Part shown: positions 54,296 through 62,534 of the stretch, in pieces
Layout of the letters: each line of letters starts with the position of its first letter
Position numbering within the stretch: the stretch's first letter is position 1
Source of the DNA: a virus
Lineage: Duplodnaviria > Heunggongvirae > Uroviricota > Caudoviricetes
Reading direction: 5' to 3' (one strand)
DNA length: 64,000 nucleotides
IMG/VR virus record: IMGVR_UViG_3300047317_000139
Made by a program: the position numbers and the translations under genes
Notes under the pieces: generated by a model
What the model saw: the letters and a program-made list of their open reading frames with translations, nothing else
Told to the model about the DNA's origin: nothing
Database searches by the model: none

Positions 54296-54418
54296 TGCCT
54301 CCACCCGTAGGCAGAGACAGGGCCCGCTAGGCCATGGAGACTCGCTGACGCATTAGCTATCTCCGTTCCCCTCAACCGCCCGCAGGGATGCGCCGTGCAG
54401 CGGTGTGGTTGGGGTGGA

Positions 54419-54943
54419 TCAGGCGACCATCTTGTCGCGTACAGGACAGGGCGGCATGCGCTTCGACTCGTCGCGCAGCATGGGCCAGTTCCAGTGCTTC
54501 ATGTCAGTCCTGTTGTACAAGGGGTGGCCCTCGTACTTCGGGTTCTGAGTAACCCAGAGCGGTGTGATCCACACTCTGGGTGCACCGATGAATGCTCTGC
54601 GCCACGCTCGTTCTGGCTGAGCCTCTGATCCGAGGGCCAGGGGCCTAGAAGCTTCAAACCGCTGCGCGCGGTGGAGCCTGTGATTCCACTGGCCCGCTGC
54701 CTCTCTGAGGTCGATGGTCTGGATCCCCTTGTGCAGGTTGCAGGCCATGCAGAGAGGCTGGAGGTTCTCGATGACGGTGAGGCCACCGAACTTCTCCGGG
54801 AGTACGTGGTCGAAGGACAGTGTGTCCGGGCGAACCCTGCTGTCCGGGTACCTGTGCATCGGTCTCCCGCAGCACAGGCAGTTCCAGCCGTGTAGCTCTA
54901 TCACCGCCATCTTCATCTCGGCGGGTATCGGTGTGATGCTCAT
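54419..54943 (-). CDS. HNH endonuclease
   Basis: The segment CLCCGRPMH...FDHVLPEKFGGLTVIENLQPLCMACNLHKG is a canonical HNH motif with flanking Cys pairs. Confidence 0.65.
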   Translation of the reverse strand: MSITPIPAEMKMAVIELHGWNCLCCGRPMHRYPDSRVRPDTLSFDHVLPEKFGGLTVIENLQPLCMACNLHKGIQTIDLREAAGQWNHRLHRAQRFEASRPLALGSEAQPERAWRRAFIGAPRVWITPLWVTQNPKYEGHPLYNRTDMKHWNWPMLRDESKRMPPCPVRDKMVA

Positions 54944-54964
54944 GTGCTTCCCTTCGGTTATGGG

Positions 54965-55005
54965 TATGTGAGAGACCCCCGCCTCCCCTAGATCACAGGG
55001 GGGAG
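54965..55005 (-). terminator. 15-bp perfect GC-rich stem-loop (GACCCCCGCCTCCCC / GGGGAGGCGGGGGTC) between the minus-strand Zn-ribbon gene and the HNH gene
   Basis: Read directly. Very stable hairpin with an ~11-nt loop. It is either a terminator without a U-tract or a regulatory structure. Confidence 0.4.
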
Positions 55006-55066
55006 GCGGGGGTCGGTTGTCCCGGACCCCAGGCCCTACCCGAGGGCAGGACCGGGGCCCGGGGGT

Positions 55067-55441
55067 CTAGATACCTAGCTGCTTGTCCTCAGCCAGGCGT
55101 CGCTCTTCGTCCTCCGCGCGGTGTGTCTCGCAGAGGGTCTTCAGCCATTGGCGTGTGGCCTTGCACTCACCCGGTTCTCCACACACCTCGCAGAGATGGA
55201 AGGACGCCTCCTCTGCCAGCGAGATCAGCTGGTGGAAGGAGTCGTAGGCTCCCGTCTCACCAGAGGTCTGGGCGTAGTACCGCAGCCCACCGAACTTCTC
55301 CTTGACCTGCTGGAGCTCGAACTCCGGGTCGATCTTGTTGAGATTCTCCTCCAGAGTCCGGATCAGCTCGTGCCAACCCTCACCGACGTTGTTGATCGAG
55401 GTCATCATCGGGACTCTCTGGTCCCCGAAAGCACTAGTCAT
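55067..55441 (-). CDS. hypothetical protein (124 aa) with a C-terminal Cys cluster (LCEVCGEPGECKATRQWLKTLCETH)
   Basis: Internal ATG (MTSAFGDQ...) overlaps the upstream stop (ATGA). The long Arg-rich N-terminus of the table ORF 55067..55696 looks like a GC-shadow extension. Confidence 0.45.
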   Translation of the reverse strand: MTSAFGDQRVPMMTSINNVGEGWHELIRTLEENLNKIDPEFELQQVKEKFGGLRYYAQTSGETGAYDSFHQLISLAEEASFHLCEVCGEPGECKATRQWLKTLCETHRAEDEERRLAEDKQLGI

Positions 55442-55764
55442 GTCTTCTCTCCGGAGTAGAGGGCGAATGTGTCTGCAAGAACCCAGCCCACGAGCGGCCC
55501 ACCCCAGTAGTGGGCGTCGTCGTAGGGCAGGAGACGGGTGTGGCCATCCGTGTTCACGGTCAAGCACACGCCGTCGTTGACGTAGACGCCGCAGTGTCCC
55601 CAGGGCTCGCTGGCGTAGAAGCACACAGACCCGAAGGCCGGCACCTCGTCCTGGACCAGCGGCAGCGCCTTCGCGGCCTGCTTCGCGGTGCCCCACTTCG
55701 GTGGGCAGCGGAGCAGCCGGCGTACGAAGAACAGGCTGCGACCGGCGTACTCGTCTTCGTTCAC
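55438..55764 (-). CDS. NlpC/P60-like (papain-fold) domain protein, short form
   Basis: PAFGSVCFYAS...GHCGVYVNDGVCLTVN resembles the His-containing beta-hairpin of NlpC/P60 hydrolases. A GTG start at 55764 follows a GGAGGA RBS. The table ORF extends to 55905 through an Arg-rich stretch. The call is weak. Confidence 0.3.
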   Translation of the reverse strand: MNEDEYAGRSLFFVRRLLRCPPKWGTAKQAAKALPLVQDEVPAFGSVCFYASEPWGHCGVYVNDGVCLTVNTDGHTRLLPYDDAHYWGGPLVGWVLADTFALYSGEKT

Positions 55765-55914
55765 ACGTCCTCCGCTGCTTGCGCGTAGTACTGGCGAAGG
55801 GCGGTTCGGACTCCAGACAGCCTGTCCGAGATAACCGTGTCGAGACAGTCGGCGCATGACCGCGCGCCGTTGACGTTCACGATAGAAGGCTTTCCACAGT
55901 CGCACTTGGGCACC

Positions 55915-56208
55915 TCATCCGTCTCCACCGGATTGCTCCTTCCGGTAGTGCGCGAACTTCATCCCGATCACGAAGCCCATCGCGTAGCACTGGATCAGGT
56001 CTTCCAGATCAGATCGGTTCTTCCCGAACACCTGGCTGATCGCCTGGGTCGCGTGCGGGATCATCAGGTCGAGCGGGATCCCGGTGACGGTGTCGAAGGT
56101 CGGGTTGTCCGCGACCTCTTCCTCCAGTCCCTCCAGGACCGTCTGTAGCGCGTTGTCTAGTTCTGTTTCTGGTTTCAGGCCCCATACGGGCATGCGTGTC
56201 CCTTTCAT
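55915..56208 (-). CDS. hypothetical protein (97 aa)
   Basis: ORF table. Confidence 0.4.
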   Translation of the reverse strand: MKGTRMPVWGLKPETELDNALQTVLEGLEEEVADNPTFDTVTGIPLDLMIPHATQAISQVFGKNRSDLEDLIQCYAMGFVIGMKFAHYRKEQSGGDG

Positions 56209-56261
56209 GGCAGACCCCGGTAGGAAGAGGCTCGGGGCGCTCTCCCTACCGGGGTGGTTGG

Positions 56262-56990
56262 TTACACCTGAGAGACCTTCCAGGTGCCGTCGTTGCCGAG
56301 CCGCTCGATGAGCATCTCTTCTCGTACCGAACCGGGCTCCGCACCAACTACTGCGGAATGGATCAACCCGCGTTCGTTCAGCGCAGTGAGCGTGGCCATG
56401 TCGGTGTGGAACAACCGACGCTCTGGCTCGTCCACCAACAGCTGACCCATCACCGCGGTGAGTGGGTTCGACTTGGCGTCCTCTGCGATCTTCTCCTCGA
56501 TGGTCTTGTTCGCCATCGCGTTCTGGAGGTACTCGAACATCACGCCGGCAGCCTGCCCCTCGGTCTCGGAGGAGATGTGCATCTGCTGCTCGGTCCAGAC
56601 CACCTTGTCGCCGGTGATCCGGTACCCATTCGAGTTGAGGATGTACGCCCCACCTCGCTCATGCGAAGTGGTGGTGATGCACTCATCGACCCAGTGCTCC
56701 ACCGCGTTGCGAGGTTCAGCCTCGAAGACGTACTGCATCTCGTGCGGTCTCCACTGCTGACCAGTCAGCGGAGACTTGCCCTCGTTGCTGTGGAAGGACT
56801 CGAACGTGATCGCCATCGTGTCGGCACCGAAGCCCATGGCTCCGATGTCTCCAGCAGCCATCGCCTTGTCCCGGTCCACTTCGCACTGCAACGTGACGAC
56901 TAGATCTTCGCCACGCCAGAAGTGCAGGTAGATCGCGATGTCGGTGTTGTCCGGCTTGGTGGCTACCCACTCCTCCTTGGTCTTCTTCAT
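56262..56990 (-). CDS. hypothetical protein (242 aa)
   Basis: ATG at 56990 (MKKTKEEW) follows a GAGG RBS and lies 4 nt after the upstream stop. The table ORF 56262..57203 over-extends into the upstream gene. Confidence 0.45.
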   Translation of the reverse strand: MKKTKEEWVATKPDNTDIAIYLHFWRGEDLVVTLQCEVDRDKAMAAGDIGAMGFGADTMAITFESFHSNEGKSPLTGQQWRPHEMQYVFEAEPRNAVEHWVDECITTTSHERGGAYILNSNGYRITGDKVVWTEQQMHISSETEGQAAGVMFEYLQNAMANKTIEEKIAEDAKSNPLTAVMGQLLVDEPERRLFHTDMATLTALNERGLIHSAVVGAEPGSVREEMLIERLGNDGTWKVSQV

Positions 56991-56994
56991 GACC

Positions 56995-57675
56995 TCAGTG
57001 ATCTGCTGCGTCTTCTCCTGTAGATCCAACAGGAGCCTCCTCAGTCGCGATCGCGATGCCATCCAGCACATCGCGCTCACGCCAGCTAGTTCCGAGCTTG
57101 TTACCAGCCAGGAACGACGCACAGACACACGCCGTCCCGCCCATGATCCAGATGTCCCAGACCTTCTGCGGCTCCACGTTCGAGTGAGCGAACCCGGTGA
57201 CATGAGCGAGGTGGTTGACCCCGCCCATCAGGTACTCAGCGAAGTACTGGCACACCTCTTCGTCGTCGGCGAACCCAGCGCTCAGGTCCTTCGACGCCTG
57301 CAAGAAGGTGTCGTCGTCCCACAGAGCGTCGGCCTGGTTGAAGTGCAGCATCATCCGCACCAGGTGGTGGTCCCGGTGACCGATCATCACTCCGTCCGAG
57401 AAGGCCCGGAACAACGTCGCGATCATCGGAGTGACCATCTCCGTCGCTGTCAGCTTCAGCAACGTGTCCGCGTCATGGGTCAGCGTGGCTCCCGCGAAGT
57501 GTCGGTAGCCACGCCTGGTGACGATCCTGATCCGGTTCTCGAAGTAGGTCTTCATGGCCATGAAGCCAGGTGCCATGTTGACGTCGCCGGGACCCAGGAT
57601 GGTGACAGGTCCGGCGTCCTCGTGGTGCCGTGCCATCTCGAAGCTGGACCTCACCTCTTCGATCAGATCCGTCAT
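56995..57675 (-). CDS. hypothetical protein (226 aa, His-rich motifs LTHDAD / IGHRDHH)
   Basis: ORF table. It may bind metal ions but has no confident family assignment. Confidence 0.45.
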   Translation of the reverse strand: MTDLIEEVRSSFEMARHHEDAGPVTILGPGDVNMAPGFMAMKTYFENRIRIVTRRGYRHFAGATLTHDADTLLKLTATEMVTPMIATLFRAFSDGVMIGHRDHHLVRMMLHFNQADALWDDDTFLQASKDLSAGFADDEEVCQYFAEYLMGGVNHLAHVTGFAHSNVEPQKVWDIWIMGGTACVCASFLAGNKLGTSWRERDVLDGIAIATEEAPVGSTGEDAADH

Positions 57676-57968
57676 GGCGCTCCTCTCTCGACCAGGAAGT
57701 GGATGAACTCACTGGCCAGCTGCGGAGTCATCTCCACTGAGAGCGGTGCCGGCTTCTGCAGGTTGGACTGGTAGGTCCGACCAGCCACGAAGCAGAGCAT
57801 GGCGACGTTCACGTCGTCATCCGAAGCCGGTGGAAGCTCGTTGGTGGTGTAGATCCGCGTGATGATGTCTCTCAGTTCTGCCTCGGTCTCGTCGGCGATG
57901 TTCGTGCCGAGAGCACTGATCGCCTCCTCCGTGAAGGCGTCTTCTACATCCATCTGTGTTCCTCTCAT
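57672..57968 (-). CDS. hypothetical acidic protein (~93-98 aa)
   Basis: ORF table. Confidence 0.4.
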   Translation of the reverse strand: MRGTQMDVEDAFTEEAISALGTNIADETEAELRDIITRIYTTNELPPASDDDVNVAMLCFVAGRTYQSNLQKPAPLSVEMTPQLASEFIHFLVERGAP

Positions 57969-58042
57969 GCCGGGGGCCCCGGAGGGGCAGGCGAAGGGAA
58001 GCCAACTCCTACCCCTCCGAGGCGGTCTAGCTGGGGACTAGA

Positions 58043-59536
58043 TCAGTCCCGGACCAGGATGTCGCCCGAGTCGCCGACGTCCACGAAGTGGGCCTGCAGC
58101 TCCTGAGCGATCACGTCACGCAGCGCGGTCTCCAGGACCGGCTTCACGGGACGCGCCTCGGTGTCCGTGTGCAGCTGCCAGGCCGCACGCAGCGCGTTGG
58201 CGCACCTCACGAAGTCCTCGGTCGCCAGCGGCTGGCCGAGCTCCTTGGTACGGATCACGCTCTGCTTGGACACACCCTTCAGCGCCTGCACGATCCACGA
58301 GGGCGCGAACCCCTCGTAGGCCGTGTGCAGGGCCTCGTAGTCCAGCTCCTCCCGCTGAGCCGCCGGGATGAGCACGTTGATCAGACGCTCCACGCCCTCC
58401 TTGTCGAGGTCGCTGACGAGGATCATCCGGTTGATGCGCCCCGCACGAGTCATCGCCTTGGGGAGCTCACCGACGTGGTTGGACGTCATCAGCAGCAGGA
58501 CCTCACGGCCCTTGGTCCGCATCCCGTCGAACTGCTCCAGGAGCTGGTCCATCTTCTGCGGGTTGCTGCTGATCAGCTTCTCCACGTCCTCGATCACGAT
58601 GACCGCCGGCGTGCCGAGGAGCTCTGCGAAGCGCATCACGTGCTTCAGGTCCTCGTCCCACCGGGCCTGGATGAACGACCAGTCGTTCTCCAGGCAGATC
58701 TGCGCGGTGATCGCGGCGGCGAGCGTCTTGCCCGTGCCGTTCTCTCCGTGCAGGAGCACCTTGTTGCCCAGGTCGTTGCCGTTCTGCCGAAGGAGCTCGG
58801 CGGTCTCGACCACTCCCCAGATCTCGTCGGTGAGTGCCTCGAAGACGTCCTGAGAGTAGACGACCTCGGTGCGCTCCACCGTGTACGGGTTGAAGAACTC
58901 CGGCTCCTTGTAGGCACCGTTGACGATCCGGCCGACACCGATCAGGGCCTTGTTCCGGTAGATGCTGTGCTCCCGGATGTAGGCCTCGACCAGCATGAGC
59001 AGGCCGCGGATCTCCACCTCGTACTTCTTCTTGGCCATGACGTACACCTGGAACGCCATCCCGTAGTCGTCGTCAGCGCGCTCCTGCAGGTAGAACTGCG
59101 CGCCGAGCGGCGGGAACTCCAGGAGGCCGAACGGCACCTGGACCTCCTCGGTCGGGCTGACCTTGACCGTGCGGAGCTCGGGGAGCTGGTTGCCGAAGAA
59201 GCTCCGGATCTCCTTGCCCAACGCGGTCATGCCGTAGACGTCCTTCAGGACCTTGTTGAAGGCGAAGGCACCGTCCATGGGACGGCAGTCGAACGGCTTG
59301 GTGTACTCGTGCATGGCCTCCTCGGCCTCGGCCTGAGCGAGCAGCATGTTGGCCGCCCTCTTCAGTCCGAGCTTCGAGGGGACCTGCGGCAGGGCGATCC
59401 GGATTCCGCCGTCCTCGCGGTACTCGAATGCGCTCTCCACGGTGATCCGGCCTCCGGCGACGTCCTTCAGGAAGTCGTTGGCCTTCTTCACGTCCTTGCG
59501 TGCTGTCTTGTCACTCCACATGCTCTCTTCGGACAT
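58043..59536 (-). CDS. AAA+ ATPase (classic clade) with a ~270-aa N-terminal domain of unknown function
   Basis: Walker A is LLHGENGTGKT and Walker B is VIVIEDVEK. Sensor-1 is MTSNH and the Arg finger is TRAGRINR. The start is probably the ATG at 59536 (MSEESMWSD). The table ORF begins at a GTG at 59635. Confidence 0.7.
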   Translation of the reverse strand: MSEESMWSDKTARKDVKKANDFLKDVAGGRITVESAFEYREDGGIRIALPQVPSKLGLKRAANMLLAQAEAEEAMHEYTKPFDCRPMDGAFAFNKVLKDVYGMTALGKEIRSFFGNQLPELRTVKVSPTEEVQVPFGLLEFPPLGAQFYLQERADDDYGMAFQVYVMAKKKYEVEIRGLLMLVEAYIREHSIYRNKALIGVGRIVNGAYKEPEFFNPYTVERTEVVYSQDVFEALTDEIWGVVETAELLRQNGNDLGNKVLLHGENGTGKTLAAAITAQICLENDWSFIQARWDEDLKHVMRFAELLGTPAVIVIEDVEKLISSNPQKMDQLLEQFDGMRTKGREVLLLMTSNHVGELPKAMTRAGRINRMILVSDLDKEGVERLINVLIPAAQREELDYEALHTAYEGFAPSWIVQALKGVSKQSVIRTKELGQPLATEDFVRCANALRAAWQLHTDTEARPVKPVLETALRDVIAQELQAHFVDVGDSGDILVRD

Positions 59537-59583
59537 ACGGTGTACTGCTCCTTTGGGTTGTGGTTGTCCGTTGATGTGCAGAC

Positions 59584-59853
59584 TCACTCGATGTGACCGA
59601 GCTCGTCTCTTGATGCGTTGAGTTCGACACGGCACTGCTCATACCGAGCGTCGTGATGGTGGGTGTGCTGATGGCGAGCTGCCTCGTCGAAGACGACCTT
59701 GGTGATCTTGTGGTCCTCTTCGAGACCCTCAACAGCACCGGTTCGCACGTACGTGCCGGTCCTGTTGGTGATGCGGGTCAGGAGGGCAGAAGTCAGTGGC
59801 TTGTCTGCTTCGTAGAGCAGGTCCACGGACACTCTGGCCCGATAGATGGTCAT
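59584..59853 (-). CDS. hypothetical protein (~89 aa, His-rich QHTHHHD)
   Basis: Internal ATG of table ORF 59584..59943, preceded by an RBS-like AAGGGA. Confidence 0.35.
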   Translation of the reverse strand: MTIYRARVSVDLLYEADKPLTSALLTRITNRTGTYVRTGAVEGLEEDHKITKVVFDEAARHQHTHHHDARYEQCRVELNASRDELGHIE

Positions 59854-59885
59854 ACGTATCCCTTCATGGTTGATCTGTGCGGGGA

Positions 59886-60287
59886 TCACTTTTCGGCTGG
59901 CTCCTCGGTGCCTCCCTTCTTCGTGTAGCGCTTCTCGATCCACTGGTCGAGGTCCTGTTCAGGAACTCCGAACCAGTTGGACTGATCTCCGGCGCGGGTG
60001 AGTAGCACATGGGTAGTGCGCTCACCCTCGTGGAAGAACTCGACGAGGCTGACCTGGAGGACGTCATCCATGTGCAGCGCACGCAGATAGACCACTGCGC
60101 TCAGCTGACCTGTACTGAGCAGGGCCTTGCGCGCGGTGAGGAGCGCGGGGTCGCCCTTGGCGAACACCTCACGCACCTCACCACGCGGGCCGAGGAGCAT
60201 CGCTCGCTCGTCCCTGACAGACCACTGGCCCCACGCGATGTCTCGCACCGCGCGGGCCAGCTTCCGATCCGTGGGGGCATCCGTCAT
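59886..60287 (-). CDS. hypothetical protein (133 aa)
   Basis: ORF table. Confidence 0.45.
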   Translation of the reverse strand: MTDAPTDRKLARAVRDIAWGQWSVRDERAMLLGPRGEVREVFAKGDPALLTARKALLSTGQLSAVVYLRALHMDDVLQVSLVEFFHEGERTTHVLLTRAGDQSNWFGVPEQDLDQWIEKRYTKKGGTEEPAEK

Positions 60288-60544
60288 GCGGGCTGCGCCT
60301 CCGGTGGCTCGATCGGACCGAACTGGTAGTCCATCTGTCGCTTCATCTCCTCACTGGGGTTGCCGAATGTGACGGTTCGCACCACCACGCCGGCCTCGTC
60401 ACGAATGGCGAGTGCGACGTTGGCGTTGCGGAGTCCCGGGAACGCTGTGGTCAGCGCCTGCATCAGGTAGATCTCGGTCCGGTTCAGGTTGTTCTCCTGC
60501 GACTCGAACACAAGGTCCACCGAGATCACTCTCTGTTTGGTCAT
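60284..60544 (-). CDS. hypothetical protein (86 aa)
   Basis: Strong AAGGAGGA RBS immediately upstream on the minus strand. Confidence 0.45.
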   Translation of the reverse strand: MTKQRVISVDLVFESQENNLNRTEIYLMQALTTAFPGLRNANVALAIRDEAGVVVRTVTFGNPSEEMKRQMDYQFGPIEPPEAQPA

Positions 60545-60565
60545 CAGTCCTCCTTGGACATGAGA

Positions 60566-60596
60566 AAGGGGCGGGGGTCCTACTCCCCCGCCCCTT
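60566..60596 (-). terminator. terminator-like hairpin (12-bp stem AAGGGGCGGGGG/CCCCCGCCCCTT, 7-nt loop) followed on the minus strand by TTCTC
   Basis: Read directly. It sits between the membrane-protein gene (60606..61544) and the next gene's RBS. Confidence 0.45.
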
Positions 60597-60605
60597 CGCC
60601 CACTG

Positions 60606-61544
60606 TCAGGCCTCGACCACGATGGTCTCGGTCTGGTGCTCCACCAGGAGCTTGCTGACCTTCGCGTCAGCAGTGCGCATGCCGGTGCTCACCGCCAGCG
60701 CGTCGAACCTGTCCCACTCGTCGACGTTGATCATCGAGGTCTTGTAGCTCTCGAAGATCTCCTTGACGGTCCCGGTGTTGCCGTCCATCCGCTCGCGGAC
60801 CAGAGCGAGCTGACCGGTGATGTTCGACATCTGCGGAACGGTGGCCTTGGCAGCCTTCTGCTCCCGCTCCTCCTCCAGGTCGGTCACGAGACCCAGCAGC
60901 GCGCTCATCTGCGCCTGGTTCAGAGTCAGGCTCTCCTGGCTCATCAGGTCCTCGACGACCTTCTTGTCGGCCTTCTTGGTCTTGCGACCCTTCCGGACCT
61001 TCACGATGCGGGTGGTGCGGGTGCTGGACAGCGCCAGGTAGAGCACCAGTCCTGCACCGATCGTGGCGAACGTGGTCGGGCCGAAGAGCGACCAGACCGA
61101 CAGGCCGAACAGAGATCCGACGACCGCTCGGGTCGGCGTGCTCATCCAGTAGAAGACGGGAGCCGTGTAGCTCCACGCCCAGGCAGCGACCGTGGTGGCT
61201 CGCACCCAGGTCGAGTTCGCGACCGCGGCGACCATGCCGGCACCGGCGACGGCCTTCGCCTTGGTCCACTTCGCTGCGGTCTTGGCCCAGGCCATCCCGC
61301 GCAGGTACGCCTTGCGGCTCTTCTTGGACATCCAGCGGAGAGCCTTCTTCATCCAGCGCATGGCCTTCTTGTAGGCCTTCTTGGCGCGACGCTGGGCCTT
61401 CTTCAGGAAGGAGACGTCCTCGACGAGGATGACTTCCTTCGTGCCCTTCAGGGTCTTCTTGGGCTTCTTGGAGCCCTTCTTGGAGGTGACGATGACGTCG
61501 ACCTCCGGCGGAGCGACAGGGCGCTCCTGTGTCGTAACAGACAT
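60606..61544 (-). CDS. membrane protein with an N-terminal Lys/Arg-rich amphipathic repeat region, central TM helices and a C-terminal coiled-coil
   Basis: Contains KKAQRRAKKAYKKAMRWMKKALRWMSKKSRKAYLRGMAWAKTAAKW, followed by hydrophobic helices. The start is probably the ATG at 61544 (MSVTTQERP). Confidence 0.5.
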   Translation of the reverse strand: MSVTTQERPVAPPEVDVIVTSKKGSKKPKKTLKGTKEVILVEDVSFLKKAQRRAKKAYKKAMRWMKKALRWMSKKSRKAYLRGMAWAKTAAKWTKAKAVAGAGMVAAVANSTWVRATTVAAWAWSYTAPVFYWMSTPTRAVVGSLFGLSVWSLFGPTTFATIGAGLVLYLALSSTRTTRIVKVRKGRKTKKADKKVVEDLMSQESLTLNQAQMSALLGLVTDLEEEREQKAAKATVPQMSNITGQLALVRERMDGNTGTVKEIFESYKTSMINVDEWDRFDALAVSTGMRTADAKVSKLLVEHQTETIVVEA

Positions 61545-61578
61545 GAGTCTTTCCTTCGTGTGAGTAGTGCGGACATGC

Positions 61579-61612
61579 AAAAAGCCCCCACGGCTATCTG
61601 AGCCGTGAGGGC
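61579..61612 (-). terminator. rho-independent terminator on the minus strand (12-bp stem with 1 mismatch, followed by T5)
   Basis: The + strand reads aaaaaGCCCCCACGGCTatctgAGCCGTGAGGGC. On the minus strand this is a hairpin then TTTTT, downstream of gene 61688..62389. Confidence 0.45.
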
Positions 61613-61620
61613 TGGTACCC

Positions 61621-61648
61621 GGGACAGGCGTCCCTTGGGTACGTACCC
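61621..61648. promoter_or_regulatory. pair of palindromes GGGAC-AGGC-GTCCC and GGGTACGTACCC (perfect 12-mer) in the intergenic region
   Basis: Read directly. Possible protein-binding sites; role unknown. Confidence 0.25.
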
Positions 61649-61687
61649 ATTGTATCACATACACGACACAACGGGAAGTGCTGGGGA

Positions 61688-62389
61688 TCAGTTACTGATC
61701 CCGGGGAGCTGCCACTCGTCGTCGCCGAGATCGGCCTTCGAGTCGCAGCCCTTGCAGTGCAGTCGAGCCACGTGAGACGAGGTCTCGACCGGGTCCATGA
61801 CCGGCACGAAGAACTCGTGCCCGTCGATCATCAACGTGCCCACCCGACTGCGGTACTCGATCTTCCTGACAACGACGATCTCGATGTCCGTGGAGTTGCA
61901 GTTCGGGCAGTGAGACGACCGAGGCACCGTCTCAGGTGAGTGCTGGGACAGCATCTCGGTGTACTTCTCGTGGTTGTCCATGAGCCAGTCCGGCAGCTCT
62001 TCGGGGAAGCCGTTCTTGCGCCAGCTCCGAGCTTGCTTGTACCGGTAGGCCTTGATCGGCATGAGCTTCAGCCGGCTGAACCAGCCGATGGAGAGCTCCT
62101 TGTCGATGGCGGAGAAGTACTCGCACAAGACGAACGAGTTCATCTCCCGCTCGGGCCAGTCCGGGAACTCGTCCTCGTGCTGGCTGGCGTCGATCGCCCG
62201 CGCGAACACCAGGTCGTTCTCCAGCGGGGTGTTGGCCTGCGCGATGATCGCGCAGTCCCCCACCGTGAACGAAAGCTGCTCATCGAGCGGCATGATCTCG
62301 TTCTCCACCTTCTCGGCGTCGCCCACGAAGGAGTTCTGACCGAAGAGCATCACCATCAGGGGATGCGCCTCGTTCTCGTGGTCACTCAT
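61688..62389 (-). CDS. zinc-ribbon-containing protein (CPNCNS...CKGCDS) of unknown function (233 aa)
   Basis: Two CxxC pairs about 40 aa apart at the C-terminus. The N-terminal domain is unassigned. Confidence 0.5.
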   Translation of the reverse strand: MSDHENEAHPLMVMLFGQNSFVGDAEKVENEIMPLDEQLSFTVGDCAIIAQANTPLENDLVFARAIDASQHEDEFPDWPEREMNSFVLCEYFSAIDKELSIGWFSRLKLMPIKAYRYKQARSWRKNGFPEELPDWLMDNHEKYTEMLSQHSPETVPRSSHCPNCNSTDIEIVVVRKIEYRSRVGTLMIDGHEFFVPVMDPVETSSHVARLHCKGCDSKADLGDDEWQLPGISN

Positions 62390-62525
62390 CGGAGAGCTCC
62401 TCGTCGGTGTGGATGATCATGGAGAGGGACTGACCGACCTTCTTGGCCGCCTCGTCGAAGACGTGTCTGAAAGCGGACCAGTCGTCGACGTACTCGCCAT
62501 CTTCGAGCTGCACCTTGATGATCAT
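62382..62525 (-). CDS. small protein (47 aa, MIIKVQLEDGEYVDDWSAFRHVFDEAAKKVGQSLSMIIHTDEELSDE)
   Basis: A GAGGAGGA RBS lies upstream. Its stop overlaps the start of the Zn-ribbon gene. It is not in the ORF table because it is under 60 aa. Coordinates are approximate. Confidence 0.35.
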   Translation of the reverse strand: MIIKVQLEDGEYVDDWSAFRHVFDEAAKKVGQSLSMIIHTDEELSDE

Positions 62526-62534
62526 CAGTCCTCC

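Noticed and set aside
54222-54418. Possible tRNA in the only sizeable intergenic region
   Set aside because: No cloverleaf-compatible structure and no T-loop (GTTCRANYC-like) or anticodon-arm pattern. The stems present are terminator-type hairpins.
55410-55441. N-terminus MTSAFGDQR of minus-strand gene 55067..55441 resembling the SAFG(V/I)DHG family motif
   Set aside because: Only SAFGD matches. The DHG..SK part is absent and the protein is not basic or Gly-rich. This is probably coincidence and it is not counted as a family member.
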